Source: Chiloscyllium plagiosum (taxonomy: Eukaryota). From it: a stretch of 41,426 nucleotides of DNA. The DNA is taken from positions 95,255,672 to 95,297,097 of the forward strand of contig NC_057719.1 of the NCBI RefSeq assembly GCF_004010195.1, given 5' to 3'. Below, piece after piece: positions 1 to 13,590 of this stretch; the first letter of the stretch is position 1; each line of letters opens with the position of its first letter. The notes below the pieces were generated by a model. The model worked only from the letters and a program-made list of their open reading frames with translations. It did not search any database and was not told the origin of the DNA. The translations under genes and the position numbers were made by a program.

Positions 1-560
1 CTTGGAACTGACAGCCAGACTTCTCCACCCACTGGGATTCATTACAGTCCATAAACTGACAGGCACACTCAAACAATAGCTCACCAACAGGCCAAAGACC
101 CCATACCCATCATCAGCAAGGCTAACATAATTTACAGGATTCCATGCAAAGACTGCATGAAACACTATATAGAGCAAACAGGCAGACAACTAGCAATCCG
201 CACCCACAAACCCAACTAGCCACTAAACGCCATGACCAGCTGTCCCACACAGATGACAAGGACTACAAATTCAATAGGGACAATAGAATGAGCATAAGAC
301 AAGCTAAACAAAAGATAGCTAGAGAATTTCTAGAATCATGGCAGTCACCCACAGACTCCATCAACAAACACATAGACCTCAACCCAATATACCGGCCACT
401 ACAACGAGCAACCGGAACCGGCAGTGGGAAGCAGCAGGAATGGAACCAGATAAATTCCAGAAGACACAGTACAGCAGCTCATCACAGGAGGCCCCAAAGC
501 ACTGAAGATGTCACCGAGACAGGGGAGGAAATCAACTTCCCAGCTCGGTGAATATACCCA
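1..560 (+). mobile_element. Penelope-like element (Poseidon-type), degenerate 3' fragment with GIY-YIG endonuclease remnant
   Basis: From 2: LELTARLLHPLGFITVHKLTGTLKQ*. From 124: NIIYRIPCKDCMKHYIEQTGRQLAIR (GIY-YIG motif), then QLATKRHDQLS and AREFLESW in shifted frames. A hammerhead-like ctgaaga..gaaa lies at 502-531. Confidence 0.8.
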
Positions 561-628
561 CATCCAGTCAATATTATCATAATTATCTTTGTTAGAAATT
601 ACACAACACCAGGTTATAGTCCAACAGG

Positions 629-835
629 AGAAAGTGAGGACTGCAGATGCTGGAGATCAGAGCTGAAAATGTGTTGCTGGAAAAGCGCAGCAGGTCAGGC
701 AGCATCCAAGGAACAGGAGAATCGACGTTTCGGGCATGAGCCCTCCTGAAGAAGGGCTCATGCCCAAAACGTCGATTCTCCTGCTCCTTGGATGCTGCCT
801 GACCTGCTGCGCTTTTCCAGCAACACATTTTCAGC
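629..835. mobile_element. Inverted-dimer PLE pseudo-LTR element (family A)
   Basis: Near-perfect inverted repeat centred at about 748. Exact 14-bp duplication tatagtccaacagg at 615-628 and 836-849. Confidence 0.85.
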
Positions 836-864
836 TATAGTCCAACAGGTTTATCTGGAAGCAC

Positions 865-893
865 TAGCTTTCGGAGGGCTGCTCCTTCATCAG
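865..893 (-). ncRNA. Minimal hammerhead ribozyme motif
   Basis: Reverse complement is ctgatga-a-ggag-cagcc-ctcc-gaaa-gcta: CUGANGA box, stem II, GAAA box, palindromic stem III. A second, more decayed copy lies at 905-933 on +. Confidence 0.65.
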
Positions 894-3800
894 TCCACAA
901 CTATCTGATGAAGGAGCAACACTCTGAAAGCTAGTGCTTCCAGATAAACCTGTTGGACTGTAACCTGGCGTTGTGTGATTTTTAACTTTGTGCATCCCAG
1001 TCCAACACCGGCATCTCCAAATCGTGATTATCTCCCATTTATTAGGATAGCTGGAACTTAAATAGCTCTCCATTATTACTCATAACATCTTAAGTTACTG
1101 TCACTAATTATCATACATGCCCATTGCAAAACAAGGTTGCTTCCCATGTTGCAAACTTCATTAACAAATAATCCTTTCTACCAATGACCTTATAGAATAA
1201 CATATAAAATATAGCATGTGCCATTTGTTTCTTTCCAGTCAGGTATGCCAGTTCTTGAAAATCTCAAACTCGATAGGGATAAGGCTCGTATTATGTCAAC
1301 TGGGATCAAGTTTCTTTTTCTGTAATTCCAGAAGTACTTTTACACAGAGCTGAAAGGTTCCTCCCCATCACCAATTCACGGTGTGTTTTTCTTGTTTTTA
1401 ACTATTAACTGTCACCAGTAAATCACCCGTATAGCCACATGGATATTTACATGTAAAGTCCATTTTGGAGTTTATTCAAAAAAATAATTATTTACTATTG
1501 GGAAAGCTATTTTCCTACTCAGAGATGTTAATCCACATCTCTGGAGGGATTTGAACTCAGGTCTCTGGGTAGGGACACTTCCTCTGTGCCACAAGACGAC
1601 CCTTAGGGGTGTCCTTTTTTCTGGGCCTCCTGGTCCATGAGTATGGACACTATCACCACAAGAGGGTATTGGAGTTATTTCTGTTTTCCCCTGCGAAGTG
1701 GAAACACCCATTACAATTTGGCTTCTTTTTTTTTGTCCAATCCAGTGAATGTTGTTTACCTTTCAGAGGTGTTGAGCAGTGTGAGGGATGTAACATGTTT
1801 GTGCAATGTGACTGCAGTACATTGACTGTCTGAAGAAGGTAACTATCGAATTCGGACGTGTGTATGTGTATCATCCTTGGATAAAGGTTCCATGTTACTG
1901 CACATAATCTGAGAGTTCAGTGGGACATACATGGGGCATAGTAGTAGCTATCTCAAAGATTAAGAAAATACAGTAATGAAAAGATTCTGAGGCAGGTGTA
2001 AAATGGATGGCTGCTCAATTTATTATCACTTGTTTCTCTTTGCTTGAGATTATCATTAAGATTATGTCCCTTATGTTTGCTTTATTAGTGATAAATGCAT
2101 TTGTGTGGTGCCTCTGCGAGTTGTGCCAAGCATGCTATATAATTTCCTCATAACAGACAGCTCTATGAGACACTAACTGTGTAACTTGCATGGATTTCTT
2201 CAATGAGAGGGAAACTTGGCAGGTTGCATAGACAGTACTCCATCTCAGAGGACGCATCATGGGTTATCTTATGTCTTCATTCAAAAATTATGGATAACCA
2301 GAATATGTTATTCTTTGCAGTGAAGTTCACTAGGGAATAGAGATGTACAATCATCCTTGCTGACTTCTCCTGTTTTCATTTATGGTGTTCCACAGAAACA
2401 GTCAGAGAAGGAATTGCGTGAAAACTCAGTTTCCTCTGGCACCTGATCAGGCACAGTATTGCACAGATCCCCTTCACTTCACATATGGATGCACAGAGCT
2501 TTCTAAAGGGTTTATTCCAAATTCTACTCAGTGTTTCCAGGGAGAAGTGTCCAAATTCCACAGTCCAGCTGCAATGTTGAGGGTCAAAAGATAACCAAGA
2601 GAAGCTGTGCAAAAACCTGTAAGTCCAAGCCTGTGTGCTTGTCTTGACAAATGCCCCTTAAATTGACTTTGACTTTCATCCAGTGACCTGAGTCTTTGTT
2701 TTGTGTTAGCATTTTCTGTGCTGGGTGGTAAGTAACACAGCATGGCCACAACATAAAATGTCACGTGTAATGACATGAATATACAATTACATTTCTGTCT
2801 CTGTAACTGAGTGGCCAGTAACTTCCGACAGTTATACTTTGCTTGAAACTTGTTCTGATATTTCCATGGACAGGATTTGCTGAAATCACTTCACTTCATT
2901 AACTGCCTCAAAATGTTGGTACAATTCCTCAAAAAATTATGACAAAAATAAGTTGGCAATGTGATGTCTGAATGATGCAGGAAAATTGTTTTGAATGAGA
3001 TATTGATTGTGATACCTGATAAAGCTATGAAATACCCTCGTGCAGCTGTTTTGATTCAAAAAGATACTACTGCAATTTTCACTTTAATAAGATTATGCTG
3101 CTAATACTGACTGAAATATCACTCAACTCGAGCATAAATCTGATCCATAAAGCACCATCTGAAGAAGAGCCACATAGGCCTGGAATCACTTCATCACCAG
3201 TTACTTCCAACATCACTCAGACAGAATTTATTAAAGATAGGGCCACACACAGGGGTTTCTTCCTCCACTTTAGATGATGAGATACCAAAATCCCAGATTA
3301 CAACAACGATTTTCTACAAAGCAAATGCCAAGGAGAAATGGTCAGAAGTTACAAAATAGGCAGTGCAGTGATGTTATGTCAAGATTAGATCCTCAACTAT
3401 CAGGCTTGTCTTGTTGGGAACTTTGCCTATTTAAAGCAGCTGGCCGTATTCTCTTGATGATTCTGAAAGGTTCTTTGGTGAGTTGCTGAATTTTCCAGAT
3501 GATGATGCTGCATCATTATGGGAAGGTGTGTGGGATGGTGGCAGTTGCAGGGGTGGTGAGGATAGCTATGAAAAGGTTGCAACAAGGAGTAGGGGGGATG
3601 CTGCAGTAAAAGTCTCGCTACTGGAGCAGGATAAAGCCTGCACACTTCGATGTTCTTACTGACTTTCTTGAAGAAACAAAGCAAGATGTTGTGAAAGAAT
3701 GTTGGCAGCAATGGTTGTCTCTGGTTGTGAGGCCATGCATTTAGATGTTAATCATAAGCCCTTATTAGCAAGTACTTGATCGGTGAAGGGAATGTGTTAT

Positions 3801-4451
3801 CTGAGAGGCAAGTGTGTGTTGAGTAGAAGGCATCCTGGGAGAACATTACACTGCTGTTTCTCAGCTGGGCTTTTTGTGGCACTGCTCACAGGGCCTTCAG
3901 GTTCACGTTCCAAAAGCTGACCTCACAGAATACCTGCTTCCATTTCTTTTTGAGGATGGCTCTTGAGAGACTCCTTGCACCCACAACCGTCCACTGTGTC
4001 CTTCCTCCTAGCCATTTACACTCCTGATGCCTTCATTGCCTCATTTAACACTGTGTGCACTGTGTTTTGCTCTGTTATTCACTCGATATTTGGCAATAAT
4101 TTTGTGCAGCATCTTTTTAAGGTACAGCTATCTTTTATGAAGTGCTGACTGGCTGAGCCACATCTCTGTTAAGACAATTGCTTGTCCCTCTGGCTGTGCA
4201 CATAGACTGCAGAAAATATTCCGGAGTACACAGCAGCAAAAGTTATAATCACCAGCTGAGCTGAGTACATGAAATTTACATACTGCCTTTGTAAAACGTA
4301 AAGTTGAACTTTGCTCATTTTAGCCTGAATAATGCAGTCGAAAGTTTATCCATCTCTCTTTCTTTATCCTTTCCCAGCCACTGTTTTTCAAGAACAAATA
4401 GCTATGACCTGTTCCCTCTACAGCACAAATCCAGTATTAGTATAATAATTC

Positions 4452-4901
4452 CCAGGATGCTGCCTGGACTGGAGGGCATGTCTCATGAATAAAGGTTGAG
4501 GGAGCTAAGGCTTTTCTCATTGGAGTGAAAAAGGGTGAGAGACAATTTGATAGAGGTGAACAAGATGATGAGAGGCACAGATAGAGTGAATAGTCAGAGA
4601 CTTTTTCCCAGGGCAGAAATGTCTATCACGAGGGGACATAATTTTAAGTCAATTTGAGAAAGGTTTAGGGAAGATGTCAGAGGTAGGTTCTTTACACAGA
4701 GAGTGGTGGGTGTGTGGAATGCACTACCAGCAGTGGTAGAGTCAGATACATTAGAGACATTTAAGCGACTCTTGGATAGGCACATGGATGATAGAAAAAT
4801 GGAGGGTATGTAGGTTAGTCTGATCTTAGAGTAGGATAAAAGGTCAGCACAACATCAAGGGCCGAAGGGCCTGTTCTGTGCTGTACTGTTCTATGTTCTA
4901 A
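4452..4901 (+). mobile_element. CR1 LINE 3' fragment
   Basis: PRMLPGLEGMS, and RGHNFK and GRFFTQRVVGVWNALP-type C-terminus, followed by a CR1 3' UTR with gggccgaagggcctg hairpin and ttctatg tail. Confidence 0.88.
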
Positions 4902-6212
4902 TGTCATTCAATCCTGAGAAAGGTTCTCCTGCACATCAAAGGAAGGCAAATGCAAAATGACCAACAGATGCTTTGTACATAGAACTTAAATCATGCCATA
5001 TTTCTGATATTTCTTTAGAACTCCATTGTCATCTAAACCACATATGATCTGTCCTCACTGTTATACAGAAAATCTTGCCATTCTCTATGCAAGAAATTTC
5101 ATATATAAAATGTTTATAGATAGCAGAAAATCAGTTTAAATGTTTTTGAGTCATTAACTTTGCTCTGGAAAATATATTAGGAAAGAAGTTCATAAATTAG
5201 ATCTTAAAAGCAGACATTCTAAACTGCTGGGAAATTTTCCATGGTTAATGCACCTGCTCCAATACTGTTCTACTATAAGTCACCAATTAGAAATTAGAGC
5301 AACAACTCTAGTCAATATATTTTGTGGTGAAAGGATATCTGCTGTGAGTGTAAAACATGAAGGAATATTTAACTTAAACCTGAAACAGAAGTGATATAGC
5401 CAAACTGTCCAAAGCCAATATTGAGAGACTCAAATGATTTTGGCATCTGAATCCTGTTTTAATAGCCCACAAGTTATTAATATATTGTACATTATGAGTA
5501 ACAAACAGGCACTGATTGTTGAGGAGTGACAATTGAACTGTTCCTGCATAAACCACTTTCATCAGGATCTACAAGATCATCCCAGAGAAAATTGTGACAT
5601 TTTGTGCACTAGATTTCCATTGTTTCCTTCAAAAACTGAGCCATAGAACAAACTGGTCCAAATTTGTACAAAATACATGGAGCAAACTCTGCCTTTTTGT
5701 ACCCAGAATATTGATGGGGACCCTTCAACCTTTGCTGTGGGTTCTCTGCCTCCATCTTTAGCGATCATTCCCTGACCACCACAAACTGTGTGATGTTTTA
5801 TTACAGATAGGACAACGAGGCAGGTTGCCAAGTTTACCTCAGTAGGAACAGGGATGTTAACATGAATTTAAGTCATTAAGTGAAATTTGCTAACTCACCA
5901 GCTGAGCTAACTGACCTCCCGCAATTGTTATAGAAATTGGATTTGCATATTTAGGCAGCCACTTGTAAATTACCTTTCCTACCCACTGGCAGCAGTAGTG
6001 ATTTTCGATTTATATCTCCCCAGTTGGTAATATAGAGGTCCAATGGTGCACTGGGTAGAGTTCCTGCCTCTCAGCCTGAAGCTCAAGATTCAAGTTCCAC
6101 TCCAGGACTTAATAGCCCAGAAGGATGTGTTCATGACATGACTAAATACGTTTTGACATATTCTTCCAAATGTCACACAGTAAGAACATGAGAGATTCCT
6201 GCACAGCCATAT

Positions 6213-6507
6213 GATTAGATTAGATTTCCTACAGTATGGAAACAGGCCCTTTGGCCCAACAAGTCCACACCGACCCTCCAAAGAGCAACCCACCCAGACC
6301 CATTCCCCTGACTAATGCACCCAACATTATGGGCAATTTAGCATGACCACTTCACCTGACCTGTACATCTTTTGATTGTGGAAACCCACACAGACACGGG
6401 GAGAATGTGCAAACTCCACACAGACTTTTGCCTAACATGGGAATCGAACCCAGGTCCCTGATGCTGTGAGGCAGCAGTGCTAACCACTGAGCCACCATGC
6501 TGCCCCA
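6213..6507 (-). mobile_element. tRNA-derived SINE (HE1-type)
   Basis: Reverse complement begins gggcagcatggtggctcagtggttagc (A box) and has gggttcgattcc (B box). It ends in a CR1-like 3' part and (taatc)n tail. Confidence 0.88.
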
Positions 6508-6548
6508 ATGAAAAGGCAACTCGAGCTACTGTGATCACCATTTATAGT

Positions 6549-6991
6549 TAGAACATAGAACATAGAAAAATACAGCGCAGTACAGGCCCTTTGGCCCTCG
6601 ATGTTGTGCCAATCCAAGCCCACCTAACCTACACTAGCCCACTATCCTCCATATGCCTATCCAATGCCCGTTTAAATGCCCATAAAGAGGGAGAGTCCAC
6701 CACTGTTACTGGCAGGGCATTCCATGAACTCACGACTCGCTGAGTAAAGAATCTACCCCTAACATCTGTCCTATACCTACCACCCCTTAATTTAAAGCTA
6801 TGCCCCCCCGTAATAGCTGACTCCATACGTGGAAAAAGGTTCTCACGGTCAACCCTATCTAAACCCCTAATCATCTTGTACACCTCTACCAAGTCACCCC
6901 ACACTACCAAGTATCCGACCATTAGCCCAGTACCCCGTCTTTTTGTTACTCTTATCAAAGTGAATCACTTCACACTTACCAACATTGAACT
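6549..6991 (-). mobile_element. CR1 LINE 3' fragment with internal deletion
   Basis: ORF 6629-6958 GDLVEVYKMIRGLDRVD..GRFFTQRVVSSWNALP. (ttctatg)n tail at 6549-6568. Jumps to upstream RT sequence at about 6900. Confidence 0.88.
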
Positions 6992-7956
6992 ATGACACAC
7001 ATGTACATTACAAATGACCATCAGCTGGCTGGGCTTCCAGTATGGATTAGATTGGTGTGAACAGCATGGGGTTTAATCCTGTGCTCACTGGTGTCCTTGC
7101 TGCACTCTGGTGGATGTCATTGTGCTAAAGGTCAGAGCTACTTCTGGCCAAAAAACAGAAGAAGAGAAAGTTACTTACCTTTCAACTGAAGTTGAATCTG
7201 TATATTGTATTTAGGGAGATTGCTGTAAGAAATGTTGGTTGTTTTAACAAAATTTTCAACAAGCAATCTCCTGTGATAATTGAAACATCGCAAGAAATAC
7301 TGTTTGATTTTCACATAAAGAAGACAAAATGAAAATTTTTATGCTTCACCACAACTGGTTGTGGCATCATTTAGCTGATTAAAAATTGTTGAATTCTAGT
7401 CCTTGAGTATTTGTACCACTATTTTTCAGATTAGGATATGGTTCTGGATGTTGCCTTGCCACCATCAATCAGCATTGACAACGTGAAATTGCAGGATGTT
7501 AATAGCTTGTGGTGTACAGGCTTCACAATAATCAGAAATGCCTAGTTAGTTTTACTACTTGGCTATCATCTTAAAAGTTTTAATTAATATTTAACCTTAC
7601 CAGTAATCTTTCCTGATAATCTCCCAATAGTAGGATCCCTCCATTCACTGGACTCTGTGGAATTTGGGTGATCTGAACATCAATGTTTGCACCAACTGGT
7701 CAAGATCAATCCAGCAGAGCAACAATCATCACTAACAAGACTCTCTGGAGGATGACTACCATTGGTTGGGGCATCAGATAGAAAGTTCAGCTCGCAAGAA
7801 GAAGTCCCAGGGAAAACAAAGGCCAGTGAATTGATGCGTTTTCTCAGTCCACTATCTTCGTTTGCAGCAGATGTTGCTGAGATTAACACACCAGAGGCCA
7901 GCTGCTGAGGAAAATCAGGCAATGTTTAACTGCATGTTGTCAAGAAAGGCACAAAG

Positions 7957-8229
7957 ATGGAAAAGTGTTGCTGGAAAAGCGCAGCAGGTCAGGCAGCATC
8001 TAGGGAACAGGAGAATCAACGTTTCGGGCATTAGCCCTTCTTCAGGAATGAGGAAAGTTGGTCCAGCAGGCTAAGATAAAAGATAGGGAGGAGGGACTTG
8101 GGGGAGGGGCGTCGGAAATGTGATAGGTGGAAAGAGGTCAAGGTGAGGGTGATAGGTCAGACTGGGGTGGGGGCGGAGAGGTCGGGAAGAATCTGATCTC
8201 CAACATCTGCAGACCTCACTTTCTCCTCA
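7957..8229 (-). mobile_element. PLE terminus insertion (family A) with inverted tail
   Basis: Minus-strand pseudo-LTR with hammerhead core (8018-8045) and some element body, then the tail in + orientation (8192-8228). 15-bp TSD aagaaaggcacaaag at 7942-7956 and 8230-8244. Confidence 0.82.
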
Positions 8230-9439
8230 AAGAAAGGCACAAAGCCTTGCCTCGCGGGACAGGACGCTGCTAAAGGTTACCATGCCAAATTATGGTCCAC
8301 CAATATGAGCCGTTTTTGCAGGAAATCAAAGCCCATGATTTTGCAGCTGAAATAATGAGGTTTTATCTTAGTGAACTGAAAGTTTACTTTGTTTCATCTG
8401 AATAAGTTCTTTCAAGAGATAATAGCATAATTACTGATTTTCTCATGAAATGTTTGTGTATCTTTCACAAAGTAAATCAGCTAATGCTTTCATTAAATGA
8501 AAGCAATACTTTTATTGATATGGAAAATAATTTGCATTTCTTTAGCACCGTTCACAACTTTCATACAGCTCAGTACACTTCGTAGACAATGGAAACATTT
8601 GCAATGTAGTCAATGTTGTAGGAAAATGGAGCAGCCAATTTGGATGGTGCAAGCTTCTACAAAGGCAATAAGATAATTAAAGACAGTCCATGTCTTCTGA
8701 AGCCAGTAAAGTATTGTGTTAATTTAATGAAAACATCATGTGATTTACTTTGTGGAAGATACACAAACATTTCATGAGAAAGTCTGCTGTGAACTGTTTA
8801 AATTTGTGGAGGCACATTTCAGAAGGGTCAGGAATAAAAGGGTGAATGGCCAATGGTGGGGTTAGAGGCAGCTGTGAATAAGGTAGGGGATGGGGATTGA
8901 GAGACTGTGAATGGGAATAGGGGGGCTGGGAGATTGAGACTGAGGAGTGAGAAAGGAGGGGAGACCTGCTATTTAGAGAGGGGGCATTCATGAACATTGG
9001 GGAGCCAAACTAGGGACAGGTACCGGGGAAGAGAGGTTGGGAGAGTGAGGTGGCAAGGGGAGGGGGTATGATGGGAGTAGAATGGGGAGGAGGAAGAGAG
9101 GCCTTCCTGTTTCTATCCCCTTCCTGGGTCCTCATGACCCACCACTCTCTGGGTCCTGAACTTACTCCTCATTCCTGCGTCCTCACTCTCCCTCATCTTC
9201 ACACTTCCTGCATCTTCACTCTCAACACATTCTCTGGCAGGACAGACAATGCAAAGGTGAAAGTACAGTTGCAAACAGTTGAGAGAGAGATTTTCTGGGA
9301 GTTCTCAACATTGATTCTAGATCCAATGAAGTCTCATGGAATCAGGTCACATATGAGCAAAAGAATCTCTTGTAGATTAACATCCACCCAGTAAACCCCA
9401 ATGTTTTAACTGACAAACCAATAGCTAAGCATCTCACAG

Positions 9440-10680
9440 AGGAATCATTGTGGGTGACAAGAGCACAGTGAATACTCAATGTGGGGACCTCAATGTCCAA
9501 GAACTGACTGAGCTGGTTGAGTCCTAAACTAATTAGACTGTGTTTGCAGTGGGTGGTGAGGGAATCAACAAGAGAGAAAAGCTTCCATCACATCTTTCTC
9601 ACCAATACACCTCTCCATGATCATATCGACAAGAATAACCAGCACACAGTCCTTGTGGAAGTTCCAGCTTCTCATTAAGGATACTTTCTATTATGTTGTG
9701 ACACTATCACCATGCTAAATGGAGTAGATTTCAAACAGATCTGGCAACTCAAGACTGGGCTGCCATGAGGCTTTATGGGCCATCAGCAACAGCCGAACTG
9801 TACTCAAACACAATCCATAACCACATGCCCCAACGTAGCCCTCTCTTTACCAATAGACCCTAGCCAGGAGATCAATTCTTGTTTAGTGAAGGGTGTAGGG
9901 AGGTACTCCAGGAGCAGCACCAGACATATCAAAAAACAAATTGTCACCTAGTAAAGCTATGAGCCAGGACTACCTGTGTGCCAAACTTTGTCAGCAACAA
10001 GTGATAGACTGAGTGATGCAACTCTGCAAACCATGGAACAGATCCTAGCTCTGCAGTGCAGCCACTTCTGGCTAAGAATGGTAATAGACAATTCAACAAT
10101 TCACTGGAGGAGGAGGCTTCACAAACATCTCAATCCTCAAGGATGGAGAGCCCAGCACATCTCTGGCAAAGTTGAAGTTAAAGCAATTACAACAGTCTTC
10201 AGCCACAAATACTGAGTAAATAGATGATCCATTTGGTCTCCTCTAGTGATACATAGCATCACAGATGTCAACTCTTCAGCCAGTTTGATCACGCCATGTG
10301 ATGTCAAGGAGTGAGTGAAGGTACTGGATATGCCAAGGCAATGCATCCTGGCAACATTCCTCCAACACTACTGAAGGCATGCGCTCCACAACGTGCCGTG
10401 CCCTGAGCCAAGCTGTTCCAGTGAGCTCGAACACTGGCATCTATCTGAAAATGTTGAAAACAGTAAACAGGTATATCCTGGTTACAAGAAGCAGGAGCTG
10501 AAAATGTGTTGCTGGAAAAGCGCAGCAGGTCAGGCAGCATCCAAGGAGCAGTTTCGGGCATGAGCCCTTCCTCAGAAATACAAGAAGCAGGACACATCTA
10601 ACCCAGCTAATGACCATTCCGACAGTCTTTTCTCGATTAACAACAAATTGATGGAAGGAATCATCAAAGGTACTAGGCTG
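9440..10680 (+). mobile_element. Old CR1/L2-clade LINE ORF2 remnant (APE to RT N-terminus)
   Basis: GDLNV-type APE remnant at about 9485 and DVKE*VKVLD..AMHPGNIP (KAxGPDxIP-like) at about 10300-10360. Many stops and frameshifts. Confidence 0.6.
10497..10578 (-). mobile_element. Short PLE pseudo-LTR insertion (family A)
   Basis: Same gctgaaaatgtgttgctgg start as other copies. 14-bp TSD tacaagaagcagga at 10483-10496 and 10579-10592. Confidence 0.82.
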
Positions 10681-10801
10681 TGTTTATAGGAGAGACAGAT
10701 AATTCTGAGCTTAAGAAAATATTTTGCGCAAACATTCCCCCTCCCCCTTCTCTTTCCCAAACCATTCCCCTTTCCCTTCAGACAGCTCCTCCTATCAGTT
10801 T

Positions 10802-11206
10802 AGACCATAAGATCATAAGACATAGGAGTGGAAGTAAGGCCATTCGGCCCATCGAGTCCACTCCAGCATTTAATCATGGCTGATGGGCATTTCAACTGCA
10901 CTTACCCGCACTCTTCCCATAGCCCTTAATTCCTTGCGAGATTAAGAATTTATCAATCTCTACGTTGAAGACATTTAATGTTCCGGCCTCCACTGCGCTC
11001 CGTGGCAATGAATTCCACAGGCCCACTACTCTCTTGCTGAAGAAATGTCTCCTTATTTCCATTCTAAATTGACCCCCTCTAATTCTAAAGCTGTGCCCAC
11101 GGGTCTTAGTATCCCTGCCTAACGGAAACAAGTTCCCAGTGTCCACCCTTTCTAAGCCATGGATTATCTTGTAAGTTCCTATTCGATCTCCCCTCAACCT
11201 TCTAAT
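10802..11206 (-). mobile_element. CR1 LINE 3' fragment
   Basis: ORF 10892-11215 RRLRGDRIGTYKIIHG..FFSKRVVGLWNSLP, with an 8-bp (tcttatga)-type tail. Confidence 0.88.
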
Positions 11207-11929
11207 GTTGAGCATTAGTCAGTTATGTCAATAGTGATTATATGTAGAACAAAGCCATTTTCACGTTTTCTCGACAATATCTTAAATCTCATTTTAGGAG
11301 AGTAAAGATGACACTGCAGCAAGGTGTATTTTCCGTTTCCTAAACTACCCATTCCCTTTGCTACTTTAAGTGAGATTGCCAGTTTAGTGCCAATTTCAGA
11401 GTATTTTTATGATTTGAGTCTATATCTTCTCAGGAAGTGGTTTGAAACTGCCAAGGTTATATTACAGGTCGCACTACCGAGAGGACAGTGTCATAAACCA
11501 CAATGCTACTCAATGCTTGTTTCTCTAAGGTTTTAACTATTAAATGAGACTGGTTCTCAGTTTTATGTCAGAAAAATCCTAACTTGTAACTGGAATGGTT
11601 TTAGTCAACTCTGTGTGTGTTTGCCTATGAGCTTTCACATTACATACATGTGGTTTGGGAATAGAGTTGAGATTATGAGGATAAAACTCAATGTTGATTT
11701 GAACTCAAAGCCAAAAACAGAAGCAGATCAGCTGCCCTCTTTAGAAAAGTGAGGTCTATAACAAGTAGCTGAATTTCATGCCATTAATTCCCTTTTTTTC
11801 TGTAAGGGTTGCTTCACTAACAAAATAAATTTGCAAGCAATTAATCACAGGCATGATGTGTTTCTAAGTTAAAAGTTGCAAAGCCTTCAGTACATAATCT
11901 AGATTGATAATTCTTTTACTTATTCAGGG

Positions 11930-13110
11930 GATCTGGTTCAACCATGATTTCCTGCCCATTCCTAATTGCTTCTGAGGTCATGGTAGTGGGCTGACTTCTT
12001 GTTACTGCTGCAGTCCATGTGCTGTAGGTACATCTACAATGGGGTTAGAAGGGAGTTGCAGGATTTTAACCAGTGACACTGACAGAAGAGCAATATATTT
12101 CCAAGTTGGGATGGTGAATGGTTTAGAGGGGAAGTCGCAGAGGTTGGTGTTCCCATGTATTTGCTCCCTTGTCCTTCTAGATGGGAGTTGGGTTTGGAAG
12201 GTGTTGTCTGAGAATCCTTGGTGAGTTTCTGCAGTGGATCTTGTAGATGGTACACACTGCTGCTACTGAGCCAGTTGAATGGACTGCTTTGTCCTGAATG
12301 GTGTCAAGTTTCTTGAGTGTTATAGGGCTGCATCCAGGCAAGTGGGGAGTATTCCATCACACTCCTGACTCGTGCCTTGTAGATGGTGGATAGGCTTTGG
12401 GGAGTTAGGTGGTGAGTTACCTCCGCAGTATTCCTAGCTTCTCACCTGCTCTTATAGATAAAGGATTTATGTGCCTAGTCCAATTCAGTTTTTTAGGTCA
12501 GTGGTAACCCCCACGATTTTGATAGTGGAAGATTCAATGGTGGCAATGTCATTGAATATCGAGATAGAAGGGTTAGACTGTGGGTTGTTGGGCATAGCAC
12601 AAATATAACTTTACACTTACCAGCTCAAGCCTGGATATTGTCTAGATTTTTCTGTATTTGGCTGTGGAGTGCTTCAGTGCCTGTGGAGTCTTTACTGAAC
12701 TGAACGTTACTGAACATTGTGCAATCATCCCCACTTCTGACCTCATGATGGCAGGAACATCATTGATGTTTATGCCTGGGACATGACCATGAGGAACTCC
12801 TACAGAGCTGTCTTGGAGCTGAGATGACTGACCTCCAACAATCATGACCATTTTCCTATGTGACAGGTATAACTCCAACCAGCAGAGAGTTTGCCTTCAG
12901 TTCCCACTGAGTCTAGTTTTTCTAGGCTCCTTGATTCCTCGCTCAGTCAAATACACTCTTGATGTCAAGGACAGTAATTACCATATCCCTTCTGGAATTC
13001 AGCTGTTTTGTTTGGACCAAGGTTGTAATGAAATCAGGAGCTGAGTGGCCCTGGCAGAACCCAGACTAAGCGTCCATGAGCAGTTTATTGCTAAACAGGT
13101 TGCTGCTTGA
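11930..13110 (-). mobile_element. Old CR1/L2-clade LINE 3' remnant
   Basis: ORF 12642-12878 YLSHRKMVMIVGGQSSQLQDSSVGVPHG (RT GVPQG region). The C-terminal SCNSL (WNxL-like) motif is at about 12050. Confidence 0.6.
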
Positions 13111-13199
13111 TAGGCTGAATTTTGTGGTAAAGCTGCAGGTCCTGGCGGAGGAACTGGGTAGATGTGATGTTTCCTTTTGGTCTTTTATCTGCTAGTGAC

Positions 13200-13590
13200 C
13201 TTGTGGAGACTTGCTTGTTACCTCACACAAGGTGTATGGACTGCCCAATCTATGCTCATTCTCCACTTGGTTACCTTCCAGCCTTCAGGACTCAACAACA
13301 CTTCCTTCCATATCTATTGCCTACCTCCACACGCCAGGTCCTGTCAGGAAATGAGTTGCTTCCAGCACAGCCATTTTTGATCCTCATCATCTCCATTATT
13401 ACCTGTCCCTGGCTTACTGTCAACAATCCCTTAGTTTCCCTATCCATTTTCTCTCTCACTCTCTCTTTGGGCACCTATTCACTCTCTGCTTTCCCCTCCA
13501 TAACCTGTCATCAGTGTAATTACTACCCTTTCCCCACTGCTGCTAGCTCTGAAGAAGGGTCACTTCTGAAGTCAAAATGTTATTTCCCTG
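13200..13590 (+). mobile_element. Degenerate PLE 3' end
   Basis: LILHLVTFQPSGLNN resembles LIFRLGTLQPQGIN of the PLE at 16575. It is followed by a pyrimidine-rich UTR and decayed ctgaagaagggtc hammerhead start at about 13548. Confidence 0.5.

Larger units (their letters stand above)
591..1023. mobile_element. Palindromic non-coding PLE pseudo-LTR element (family B), interrupted by a second insertion
   Basis: Left arm (591-628 plus 850-893) is the reverse complement of the right arm (905-987). Both arms have CTGATGA-stem-GAAAGCTA hammerhead cores. A one-sided tail runs to about 1023. Candidate TSD atcataattatct (576-588) versus atcgtgattatct (1021-1033). Confidence 0.75.

Noticed and set aside
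7179..7695. Minus-strand candidate exons 7695-7601 (weakly Ig-like DVQITQ) and 7222-7179
   Set aside because: Splice signals are good, but joining them gives a stop at the fourth codon and no Ig cysteine or tryptophan motif follows.
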